Below are positions 38,758-51,060 of a stretch of 64,000 nt of DNA, in pieces. The notes under the pieces were generated by a model. That model was not told the DNA's origin and did not search any database. It saw nothing but the letters and a program-made list of their open reading frames with translations. This DNA is from Hydrolagus colliei (lineage: Eukaryota), in NCBI GenBank assembly GCA_035084275.1, contig CM068747.1, positions 23,870,001 through 23,934,000 of the forward strand, written 5' to 3'. The translations under genes were made by a program, and so were the position numbers. Position 1 is the first letter of the stretch. Every line of letters starts with the position of its first letter.

Positions 38758-38872
38758 ATCTTGTTCTCATCCAACATATAATTTTCAGTAGGGGTCACTG
38801 GATAGTGATCAGATACAGGAAGCCTGGCTGATTTTTTCCTCTCTAGCCCAGGGATGCTGAAGCTAATTGTTC
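38758..38872 (-). mobile_element. Ancient AmnSINE2-like SINE, segment 2
   Basis: ggggtcactggatagtgatcagatacaggaagcctggctgattttttcctctctagcccagggatgctgaagctaattgt is homologous to 16987-17060. Confidence 0.65.
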
Positions 38873-39838
38873 TACCTTTGCCTCTGCTTCCACTCTCAAC
38901 TCCAGGACTACTGGCATCCTGACTGCGTGTCTGTCCGACATTGAGTCCTGGACGAGGGAGAATTTCCACCAACTTAACATCAACAAGACAGAGGCCCTCT
39001 TGATCGGCTCTCGTCAGCGCCTCCGCACTTCAGGCACTGACAACATCAGCATTCAAGGCTGCTCTCTCACCTCTCGAAGACAGTCAGGAATCTGGGCATC
39101 TTGTTTGACCCCGAAGTGTCCTTCCTCCATCATTTCTGCGCCATGACCGATACAGCCTTCCACCACCTCCGTAACATTGCCAGACTCTGCCACTACCTCG
39201 CCACACATGCTGCCAAAACACTCATCCACGCATTCATTACATCTAGGCTTGATTACGGGAACTCTCTCCTCATTGGCCTTCCTAGCTACTTCCCTTCACA
39301 AGCTGTAGATTATTTGGAGCTCTGCAGCTCGTGTACTCTCCCACACTGGGCTCTGTCTCCCATCCTCACCTGTCTCCACTGGCTCCACATCTCCCAGAGG
39401 ATCGAATTCAAGATCCTCGGCCTCAACTTCAAAGCCATTCACATTGCCACCGCCTATCTCTCTGACCTGCTGTCTCCCTATCAGCCTGCTCGTCCCCTCT
39501 ATTCAGCAGGCTCTGGCCTGCTCTGCGTCCACTGCCCTACCGCCCTACCATCGGTGGCCGGACATTCAGCCTCTCTGCTTCCAAACTATGGAACTCCCTT
39601 CACCTCACTTCCTCCCTTTCCTCCTTCAAGGCTAGTCTCAAGACCTTCCACTTCCACCATGCCTTCTGCTTCCCTCCTAACTCTTCCCCCTCTCCTACTC
39701 TTTCCCCTTCCCCCTACTCCAACCACCCCCCCCGCCCCCCACCCCCCTGTTTGGGTCCCAACCTAATTTTTCAGCCCCTTGGGATGTCCTCCGATGTGAA
39801 AGGCACTCTATAAATGTAATTTTGTTGTTGTTGTTGTT
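38870..39838 (+). mobile_element. L2 LINE, 5'-truncated, frameshifted
   Basis: Homologous to 4075-5044. ORF 39101-39766 HLRNIARL...SRLDYGNSLL...LHWLHISQRIEFKIL. (TTG)n tail. Confidence 0.95.
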
Positions 39839-40006
39839 ATATCCTTGCAGCTGACATTAACTAATCAAACACAGTCTGGAAACACTGTGCCATTACATTC
39901 TCTCCAGAACGGAACCATATATCCCGGAATACACTCATGAAGTTCGAAGGAGGCAGTGGGTATCTGAAATTGCTACACACTCACACATGCACTTGTACAA
40001 AACTGC

Positions 40007-40168
40007 CAACAACAACAAAATTACACTTGTAGAGCGCCTTTCATGTCAGGAGGACATCACAAGGCGCTGGACAGTCATTGTTTCAGACCCGAGCTGGGGA
40101 CAGGGAGGGTGGAGGGAAAGAGAGGGATTTGGAGTGGGCTAATGGGGCCGTCGAAGAGGAAGAGTGTA
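40007..40168 (-). mobile_element. L2 3' tail fragment
   Basis: caacaacaacaaaattacacttgtagagcgcctttcatgtcaggaggacatcacaaggcgctggacag...cagacccgagctgggg matches 122-270. Confidence 0.85.
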
Positions 40169-40854
40169 GTAAAAAAATGATAATACTCACCATATTATCA
40201 CCAGTGTTAAACTGAAAAGTGTTGTCTAATCAACGCAGGGTTAAATACACCTGTACCCCACCATCCATCCACCTCACCATCCATCCACCACCCTCTCCAC
40301 CCCCCATCCCCATACACAGACACCACATATATACACTCCTAGAGTCCAATTAGGAACATGCAGTCAAGTAAGACTTCTCACCCTATGATATTTAATCAGT
40401 TCACATTGGCCAAAAGAAAATAAATAGGGTTTTATCAAACAACGTAGAAAGAATGAGTGTGGAAGTGGAGAGTTATGACTGTATGCTTTCCGAGCATTTG
40501 AAGAGAATCAGAGACCAAAGAGTAACCAGGAGGGTTTTGTATCAGAGCATGGAAGAAAAGAATGAGTTGGATTTTAAAAGCTTAATGGTAGGCAGAAGAT
40601 ATCAGCAAAGTGATGAGGATGATGATGGAAGGGACTGTATACTGCTCTATACAGAGGCCAGATTAATATAATAAAATATAAGATGATTTTCTGAAATGGT
40701 TTTCAGTGCAGTGACATTGATATTCAGTGACACGGTAGTGAAGAGCTGATTGCTAGGCAGTAGGAAATAGTTGGCTTTGACTGATACCTTGCCAATATCC
40801 CTCCAAATAGGTCTCCAGCCTCACACAATAACAGTTCTTTTTATTTAATTTGAT

Positions 40855-40922
40855 TCGCTACAAAATATACAGTCAATTTACTTCACAGTCTATTCTGTGA
40901 AGCACTTTGAAACGTCTCAAAG
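40855..40922 (+). mobile_element. tRNA-SINE family A, fragment
   Basis: aaatatacagtcaatttacttcacagtctattctgtgaagcactttgaaacgtctc. Confidence 0.8.
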
Positions 40923-41299
40923 GCAAAGGGTTTGTATTACAGTATTATTAATCGCCCCAGACTCTCTTTGCTCCTTGCTTGTCTATTTTATACTTTCCTT
41001 CACCCACAGACCCACGTTGTGCAGAATGCACGAGAAGGGAAAAGCTGGACTTTCTCCTTCAGACACTCCAAATAAATAAAGGATTTGTGTGCCAGCTCCC
41101 ATGGAATCTGTGACTCTATACAAAGTGTTGGATTTATTTGTGTGGTGGCTGGACTCCGTTCACATTCCTCCCAATTTCAGAAAGTATTTTTTCAGTGTCC
41201 ACAAACGGATGTTTTTTTGAAACTTACTAAAACTGTTCTAAGCAATAACAAAACGAGACTCAGGGGCAGAGAAGGAACATTTAAGATCCTATTGCCCAG

Positions 41300-41500
41300 C
41301 CCAGTGTGTGCCAACTCACATGGAGCAATGGGACAGGATATAAGCAGATTCGTGATTGAATCAGGAACAAGGGGATGGACTTGGCAAAGAAGCAGGATGT
41401 AGGTAACTGTGATCTGCGGAGTTTTTGAACAGGCTAATAAACGACAGATTGAACTGGATGGATTGTCAAGGCCTTCAACAGTTCCTTGTCTTTTATTTTC
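41300..41500 (+). mobile_element. Old CR1 3' UTR relic
   Basis: Ends gattgaactggatggattgtcaaggccttc...ttccttgtcttttattttc, resembling a CR1 terminus. Confidence 0.4.
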
Positions 41501-44231
41501 TGCAGAAGTACATTTCTGAGACAAGCCTTACTATCTATTTGTTCCCAAACATGTTATACATATTTTGTCTCTCCTTACGAGCTGAAGTACTAGTATTACT
41601 GCCTCCAATTCATGCTGTATCGCAGATTTATCTGTCGTCCGCTGACTCTCACACGTGGCTTCAAATTGATGACAGGTTACAGCTTTGTTTCAATAAAATG
41701 GCACATGCGAAAGACAATCTCAGCATTTAGCAATGGAATGTCTGCACCCCCAGATTTTACTGTCATCACCACCCGCTACCAGCAAATGCTTTAGGTGGCT
41801 CGTCGACTCCGAGTAACCTGCCCTCCAGTCAATCATTCCTGCCTCAGCTCTGCTGCTGCAAACAGGCTATATAATGTTGTAAAACGTGTCACATTCTTTA
41901 CAGCTGAGGCGTTCATCAAGTCTTATTGCTTTGGCATACAGTGTTCGCTTACAGCCATCATTCTTGAGTGTCAAATGCTGTTTAACAGGAAAGACAGATG
42001 AGACTTTCAAAGCAAAATGTATCTTTAACTGTTTGCTGATATATACATTAGATCTCATTTAGTCTAATATGCGGTTTTTCAAAAGGACAGTGTTACCAGC
42101 AGTGATTTATCTCTCCCCTTGTCATGTAACCCTTTCACTTCTACTTTATTTCCTGGATATTCGGGTCTGTCAGACACTTCAATTGCTTGGTAATAATGGA
42201 ATTGGTGTAAAAGAAAATTTTACATGAAGTTTATGAAAAATGTGTACATAGGAAACAACGGCGGAAGAATACAGCTTGTTATTGCAATGCAATAAAATGA
42301 AAATGCAACTTTACAAATCCAACTTTCTACTGTATGGATCAATGGTTTAAACCTTTCGGACTGGCAAAGTACAAGGAGGCAGAATTCCTTTATCTTGTCA
42401 GTCTCGGGAGTACTTTCTCACAGTGCTGTACTGTAAGCCAAAGCCCCGGGTCAACATTCTTTACATACTCACAGTGACAAGTTGGTAAATTGGAAAAAGT
42501 AATTTATAGAAACTCCAGGCTACTAAAATATTAGTTGGCCAACTAAATTTCAGATATTGGAAACCCATAGACTGGCTAGTTATTTTTTTTGCCAGAAGGA
42601 GCTCTTTCCTGTGGCAATGGATGTGTGCTCTGATAGCAACCATAAAAAACATTCACTGTCAAATTGCTGAAGCTTTGATCTCCACGTGACAAGAGCAGGC
42701 ATCGGTATATTATGTTTTTATTATGTGTAGATCATTCCTCCCGTATAAAGTACGATGGAAAGAGGAAACTAAAATATTCTGGCACGGGCTCAAATCACTT
42801 GGATTTGTAAATATCTTGATAGCCAATCTGATGTGATCTGCCTAGCCAACTGGCATCAACCAAACCAAATTAATTTTTACCTGGGTTTACATGAGCAAAT
42901 AATAATTAACATTCTGGTCACATCATGAAATGCGCCATTGTCTTACAGGCCGTTGAGAGATATTCTAAAATAAAATTAGATTTATTTGCAGAATGGTGGA
43001 ACAGAATCTCAATGTAACCCTGCACTTAGTGGTGGGACGCAACCTGAATCCCTCATTCTTTCATCTACTGAGTTATTTAGCAGTGAGGCAGGAGAAGTTT
43101 CCCAAGCTACCAGAACAACATTGACATGGTGGGGGTCTAGAGTGAACATTTTCATTGCCGTTTGTATCGACATTATGTTTTCTTTCAGCCGGAAGAGCGT
43201 TTAATAATAAAGTCAATGTGTTTGCTTTAGGCAACTTGTATTCCACAGTTTTTAAGATGATGTGGTGTTGAAGAACAAGTTACAAACTGCACCACTACTT
43301 TCCCAATCTGTGATCTTTTACCTCCACTGTGTATTTTGTCTTTTTATATTCCCATATAATTGAACTTCAGCCTTGCACATTCATTAGGGTTTGAGGATGG
43401 AAGACCACTTCCAGCCCTGGTAACATCAGGAAGTAGAGCAGCCAATGCTGATGGGAGACAGAGAGCAGATCCCCTTGTCATATCCTGCACAATCACTGTC
43501 TTGCAATCCTGGGAGATCATTGATCAGAGGAACGCCCTGAGAGGGTGTCAAACCCTAGTACTGGGAAAGGCCCATTTCACTGAAGCCTGTAGTAAACTGT
43601 AAGCTTCACTGGAGGGAGCCATAACAATACACTTCCAACTACCAGCATTGCAATGCTTGATGCTCTGATGTCATTTAACATTTGCTGATGGCTAGTGAGA
43701 ATGGAAAGCTGAAGGGCTCAGGGCAGACTGGCCCTATTCATTCATTTTGGCACAGTTTACGTGCAATATATCACTTCTGCTACACAAATTCATCTTAGTT
43801 ATTAAAAATGTAACTCAAGTTAAAATATTACTTGAACGAGCTTCAAAGCCCTGTTTTGTACCAGTAAATGAAAATGCTTCTTGGTTCTATTGTTCCATTT
43901 GACTGAGCTATCTTGCTTATACAACCTTCTCATTGGAAGATCTCGGGTAATGGAAACAGTGCAATTTGAAGCTGTTTTACCAGCAGATGAAAGCACAGAG
44001 AATGTAGGGGGTGATTCAGACCTTCTTGACTCATGGAGATGCAGGAGTGATTTGATCATTAGTACCTGCACATGACTGAGAAAAGGGTCAGTCCATTCCA
44101 CCAGAAGCTGCAGTGATCTACATCCTTCACTGGAGGGAGCTGTACACCATCAGCATTCCTGCCGTCAGCATTGCAGTGAGGGCTCCTGTATTACTACTGA
44201 ACGAACGTTCATTAATACCTAACATAACAAT

Positions 44232-44510
44232 TATATTATTGACCCTAGTTTTTGATATAGCCAGTTATCACATCATCATGATATCTCAAAGCGTTTCACA
44301 GGATTTACTGTTAACTTTAGTGATTGTATCTTTGCAGGCAAAAATGACAGCCAATTTGTGCACAGTAATGTTCCACAACAGCCACAAAGTGAATGATCAA
44401 TTTTGTCTGGGGGACTGTTGGACAGGAGACAAAGAAAAACTCCCTTCTTTTTTCAAACCGTGCAACTCCTGCATAGAGTGTTGCTATTTCCTCTTTCATA
44501 AGATGGCTTT
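44232..44510 (-). mobile_element. Diverged DeuSINE-like element
   Basis: Tail and body (cagccaatttgtgcacagtaatgttccacaacagc) are followed by gggggactgttggacaggagacaaagaaaaactcccttcttttttcaaa, antisense to the Deu-domain end. Homologous to 57810-57920. Confidence 0.65.
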
Positions 44511-44893
44511 GTTATATATAACTGATCAGACAACCACACACGCAGACCTCCGACCATTCTGAGTACAGCTATTTGGTGGCAGTACTGTTTCACCTTCTGT
44601 GGGAATCAGATAAAACAACCTTTTTTTTTCCCCCGGCGAGAGCTGCGGTGACTTGAGGACATTCATTTATGATGTGTTGACACCTGGCTCCTGCTATGCC
44701 CTCCAGCTGAACAGCCAATGCCCGGTTTCTGACAGGGCTCCCCATACAGGTTCCAACATTCCTCATACATTGAGGCGATCCTCCCTGTTCAATAAGTGCT
44801 TTTTCCAGATAATGGAGCGGTAAACGTGTAACTAAAATTTGGAGTAATCTGAAATACAATCAATGTATGTTCAGTAAAGTCCTCAGTTTGTTT

Positions 44894-45187
44894 ATAATAA
44901 TCCTTGCATTTGATAGAGCACTTTTCATGTCTTCTAGACGTCTCAAAGCGCTTCACAGAATACACTGTAAAATGAATTTACTGTATATTTGTGGGCGAAA
45001 TGTGCAGCCAATTCCGTATAGCGGTGTCCCACAAACAGTCGTGGATTAAATGCCAATTTTTCGGAGGGATTATTATTAGGCATGTGGAGTAAGGAAACTT
45101 GCCCAAGGTTCCACCCTGACCTGCCTGGATTCGAAACACAGGGCTCATGCTTGTAAGGCAAGCGCTCTAGCCACTGAGCTATAGGAC
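44894..45187 (-). mobile_element. tRNA-SINE family A, full length
   Basis: Reverse-complement head gtcctatagctcagtggctagagcgcttgccttacaagc...gtttcgaatccaggcagg, body and tail. Confidence 0.93.
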
Positions 45188-48100
45188 TACTTAATAACCA
45201 TAGTCAGAGACATTTTTTCAAATCTGGAATGAGAACAGCAGAGCAGGCGCAGTTTGAAATTGGTCGTGATTATCCTTGTCTAAAGGAATCTCCGAGTACA
45301 TCAACAGAGCCACTGTAATTTCATTCCCTTTTAGTAATGCCGTTTTTGTTAATGTAAAAGTTTTCATCGATACCAAATAAATATCAAAACAAACACAAAT
45401 ATACAGAAGAGAAAGGAAATGAGAGCGTCGGAAATAAACTACATATTTGCAACATGTTGCACGGTGCGTGTGAGCATTTGGGAACATATCCTGTAAACCC
45501 CTGAGTTCTTACCACGACGGTTGGGTACTTTTATTTGACTGCGGATACAGTGAGCACTGGTCCTCTTCTGAAGCGATCCTTAACGATTGGATCCGACAAT
45601 AGGTGCAATTCCATCAATGTGGAGGAGGGGGGCTCCGAGAGAACCTCTTCTCCGATATCTAATTCAAGCCAAAAAAATGTTCCATTTTGGAGAGATTTGA
45701 CGAGATCTCTTGTGTAGATCTTGGTTGTTGAAAGGGTAAAATGTTATGTTTCTCAAAGCAGATGGTCGAAGATGCTTTTTTTTTCCATTTTGCTTCCGGA
45801 GTTTAAAATCCACTATCTGCCAGGTCTCTGGGAAGCTAGTCATGCAGTTGCATACGAGCTGGATGTGCAACTAATGTACTGGTACAATTTGCCAGCTGTC
45901 TATCCAATGTAACAGTTAAGGATGGGATCTTTACAGTTGTGCACCTGATATGCTACATTTTACAGTACATCATTTATTCATGTGTTGTCGTTTACACAGC
46001 ATTCTGATGACAGCAATTTATGATGTCATTTGTAAATGTCCCTTTAATGTGTCCCATTAACGGTGAACTGCTATACCTTTAATATAACTGGGGCAGATTT
46101 CATTGTTAAATATACTATTGTACTACAATGTTAAGGATCATTTGAGGCAATTAAGGTAACTGAGGACCAGAGGCAATAACATTGTTTCATTTTTATGTTG
46201 TCTGCTCTGATATAATGGTACAATTAGATAGTGTTTAAAAGATTTCCGTTTTCTAGATAGTTTCCCAGTCTGGGAGACAAGTAGAAAAGAATATGTATAA
46301 TCGATGCAAACACACCAAAATGATTTTGATTTTAAACTTGTAAAAAACAATTACTTGAAACCCGTCTTTTGATTTGTAGTGTTTGACGAAAAAACTATTA
46401 TAATGTTGACAAATCGCAGCTTTGAAGCTAGACTTCACATAAAAAGTTAACTTGCTGAGTGGGAATATATTCTGTCCCTCAGTAGGAACAAAGTCTATTC
46501 AAAGTTCTGTTATTTAATCTCCGACCATTTCATGTTTATAGGTGTTGGTCACTAAAACATGGAAATTGAGGACTCCAAGGATTACCGTGCTTGCTAAACC
46601 ATGGCAAGGTCTTGGCAGAAAACATATATATGAAGCCTTAGAATACAATTCTGACAGGATGTTGTTGTAGATTAGGTACAGTGCCAAGTACACAAGGAAG
46701 TCATACTTGCGTAATACAATATATTTTCTTATGAAAAAGGTCATTTTACAGAAATTTCCTTTAGGCTACTTTACACAATGACTCAATGAATTCATGAAGA
46801 AATGCTCTTGACTTTAGATTCAAGTAAATTCCATCTAATAAAGAGGGAACTTTGCTGCCGATCTTCTTTCTAAATCCTATTAGAGAAAAGAATTACTGTA
46901 CTGTATATTTAAGGGGTATGATCACTGAAAGCTTTTCATTAAATCGTTCATCGGGAGTTTGATTCACATAATGCAATTGATATAAACATCCTGCTCTATT
47001 TATCTCTGTAATGAATGAGTTACAAACAGTTCATGTAGCAGTAGATAATGCAGTTATGGAAGTACAATTTTTGCCAGTGGCTGATGTAATAGAAACAATA
47101 AGGACCCGGCTAAAGCATGGTTCCGATAAATTGAAAATAGTTAATTTACCTTACACTATTAAAGGGTGGTGATGACTGAAACATGGGGCTCTCTGCTTCA
47201 ATAACCAAAGTTAGTTCAGCTCCCTCACAGTGTCAGTTCACCATTCTCTAATCAATGAAATACCTGGTCTTGAGGTTCATCAAGAAAACGTAAAAGTAGA
47301 GACTGAAGGACACAGTGAAAATCAGCGAAGTCGCCCTCCAGCTGTCAGATAAAGATATATTCTTGAGACAAATCTGCCATATATGAGTCAAGGCGTGGTG
47401 AACAGGAATAAATGAGAACAGAAAATAAATGTAAAGAAAAAAGGGGAGGGAATGGGTAAGAATCTGACTCACAACAAGTACATTTTTCAAAAACACTTTT
47501 TTAAAAACAATAAGTTTTCAGGAATTATTGGTTTAATATGACTTTTTTTAAGAAACCAACACACGGGAGAAACATGAATATCATAAAAATACAAAGCTTA
47601 TTTTGCCTTATCACGTAGTACCTCATGTTTTATTAATGCAAATTGGATCCGATTCTTTAAGGGGATGAAACTTTTAATATGAGCAAAATTCACAACAGCT
47701 TGTAAAAGTTAGGACTTGACAACCGTTCAATTACAAACTGCAGATAAGTCATTTTAATTAGCAAATTCTTGGCAGAAATGTCATTTGCATCTGTTTTCTG
47801 TGGCGTAGGAGATGCAGGGCAGTTAGATTATATTATGTAAAGGTCAGACATATCCAAGAGCTGCACATGCAGGCTGAGTGTATTTTACCTCCTCCCCAAG
47901 TCCGCCAATAATATTCAGCACACGGCTCCTCACATGGAACCCAACAGCCAAGACAAAGAAATAAAATAGGCCAAGAAAAGGCAGTGACTTTTTGATTGAA
48001 CTGATTAATTTACTGATAATTGAATATTGATTGTAATTAACTGAGCAGTTCTTGGGAATGGATGCTGGGGCCTACTACATTTTGTCCAATAGGAATACCT

Positions 48101-49899
48101 TTGTCACTGGTAGCAGAGAGGCACAGGATATGAACTTTGTGCAATCGAATCCAGTAAGATTAATTCCCAAACCAGTAAGATCCTATTGGAACCTAAATAA
48201 TAATAAAAGGGAGGACTAATGTATAGGACATAACATTGTCCAATTATTGGAAAGCGGTGACTGAGTGAGGAGCTACATTGCATTGCTCACCCACAAGCTG
48301 GATGTTTAACCATTGCTTCCTAACTCATGATTATAGAGTGAGGTTCATGTACTTTGCTGATATCTACAAGGGAATGTGATCAGGGTTAAATTTTGTGATT
48401 ATTGTTTCACTGTAATTATTCACTCCGGTCATTAAGGCTGATCATTTTTGCTCTGACCTTTTTCTACCAACCGTTGTTTGACTGACTGGTGCTAATAGGA
48501 CAATTTACCTTTTCTGATTTGCCCATTGTTAATGAATAGCAATGAGCTGTCTCACAAATACACCCGAGACAAATTTTCAAAATTAAAACCCCCAAGAACC
48601 GGCCAGACAATTTTTAAAAAAAAAAAAATTCTGCGCAGGAAATGTAAAGCGAGCGTGTTCAGTAGCTGTGTCTTACATCTGACGGCAAAATGCACCTCCA
48701 GCGTTCACGTAGATAAAACAAAGAATGGAGTTCCAGTTAAGGAAGTTGTGAAGCAATGCAAAAGCACAAAGGTGTCCACTCCAAAGAAGCCATTGTCAGT
48801 GATATTTACAATGTGACTCTCAGGATGCTCCAGGACTTCCACTCACAAATGCACCTCGGTTAAGGATAAAACCAACTCCTTTCCCCTTTGATCAGACAAC
48901 CTTGAATTAGAGGTTATTGCACAAAGCCAGTGTATATTATGGGATTTAGCACAAGGCCAGTTTGGCACAGTGCTCAACCTGGATAAAGATATCATTGTCT
49001 TAAAAATATGTGCCTCTATATTTAGTAAAGCATTTTATGTTTCTTCTGAAGGATTTAAAAGTGTTTATTTGTCCTTGATGAAAGGTTCTATATAGTTTAA
49101 ATGCAATTTAAAAATCTTTGGTGAAAGGTTCTGTATACGTGCAAGTATAAGTGCAATTAAAAAATATATATATTGTTGTATGTAATCCTCCTGATTTTAC
49201 ACCAATGAATGTCCCTGATGATAAACAGAGACAGCTTTGCAGGGTGAAGCCTAATCTCTGGTGTGTCTTTTAATGGAGTTTGCAGCCAATCAAGATCCTT
49301 GCTCAAGTCTATTCCTAATATGTACTCTGCAAAAGTGTTATCCATGCTTTGCAAACTGGTTTGTACATCTTCAGCTAAACAGCTCAGACACAGATAAGTG
49401 GCAGCAGTGTTATATTCACCATGAAAACGAGAGAACGGAGGGAGAGTGTACAACAGAGACTAAGAGAATGAACTGCTCTGCCTTATCGGAGGTAACAATA
49501 CTATTTTGCAGAAGAGCCTGTAATAAAAGCAGTTTAATTGCTCAGTACAGTCACTGCTAACATGATCCACGACTCGAATGTCAGAGTCTTCAAGAGTCAC
49601 TAGACACACATTTCTTTTCTATGGCTTCAGTGCTGACAGACCTGGCAGAAAAACAGCACTGCCAGTTAAAGGCTGATCCGAGACTAACTCCTTTAATCAC
49701 CGTTTACAGCGTGCAGTTTACACTTAAACCTCTCTACCAGTCATTATTTTGCGCACTCCCCATGCTAATTGTCTAATAAATGAGATTTAGAGCCATTGAA
49801 AGCTTGCATCAATATGAATGCAACCAAAGAACTTCAGTAGTAACGTATAAAATTCTCATTCCACGTCTTATAATAAATCTACAACAAGAGCATTATTAA

Positions 49900-51060
49900 C
49901 ACATCTTCTTCACATACTGACAAAGGCTACAGAGAGGTTTATGGCCTGCTCTAGAAACACTGGTTCAGGTGCCAATGACCTAAAGAGTAACAATCTCAGA
50001 ATTACTACCAGTGCCACGTGCTGGATCCACCAAGGAGAGACGGACAAGATACGTCAGTCACCATGTGAAGTAGTGAAGGGACGGTTGCAAATTCTTCAGA
50101 CATCTTCTGGAGCGGGGGGAAGTTACTCAAAGGGAACAGGCTTCACTTAAACCAGATGGGAATCAATGTTTCCAATGTGTAACTTAGCAGGAAGGGTAAT
50201 TAAGGCAGTTTGTGGGGGGATGTAAATCTAAGACATTGGGAAAGAGAAAAAAGAGCTGGCCACAAGTAAATGATAATTAGGAACTGTTTCTAATGGTGCA
50301 TTTATATGAATTCAAGGGGTATAATAAGGAACACAATGGTGAGCTTGGGGTGCTACTAAATTGGGAGGAAGCCAATGGTCTAGCAATAACTGCAACTTAT
50401 GCTCAAAAATAATGATGCGTGGAGAATTAACCTGCAAGGTGTTGAGTGCTTCAGAGATGAAAAGCAAAGGCAGTGAGTTATTTATTGGGGGAACAATTAT
50501 CCGTGGCTGAGAATAAGCATGTTGGAAGTAGGACCACGTCTCTGTTTTGAAGTGAAAAAGGGGAGAAGGAATATGAGTGGTTGTTACATGCTGCAGGGCA
50601 CTGGACAACCAGAGGAGTTGGAGGTAGTGCCTTGGGACGTCATAGCAGATGAGTGCCAGGTTCTCGGGATTGATCACAGGGGATTTCAACTTCCCCCAAT
50701 ATAAAATTGTGATTTACAATGGAGGATCGGCCACCCGCGATTGCGATTGCATTGAAGTTGTGGTGGGATTCATTTCTGAAACAATGTGAGCGAAACTAAC
50801 CAGGGAAGAATACAATAGTGGATCTGGTTTTAACTAAGAAAAGGGACCTGATTAGCAAGGGAACATCTGGAGGGTCTGATAACAATCCGGTTTCGCTCTC
50901 TGGGTGGAAATGTGAGTGGAAAATAAAAGGAAGCTTTTTTTGTAGAAAAAAAATCCACGCAGCCTTTGAAAGTAAGAGAGACTGCCTAAAGGATTCCAAG
51001 TTGTTGGATGATGAGATAGATGTGACAAAGCAATCTTTGGAGAAATTGAAGGGGTAAGTC
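49900..51060 (+). mobile_element. Ancient CR1 5' region: ORF1 esterase-like domain plus ORF2 endonuclease relic
   Basis: RVTISELLPVPRAG (49984-) and NRLHLNQMGINV (~50135) resemble the CR1 ORF1 SGNH-esterase. CIYMNSRGI, ITGDFNFPNI, DLVLT and GSDNNPV resemble APE endonuclease motifs. Confidence 0.75.

Noticed and set aside
49075-49170. ~43-bp tandem duplication
   Set aside because: Both units are decayed L2/SINE tail sequence (gtgaaagg..ctatata..atgcaa), so the duplication is unremarkable.
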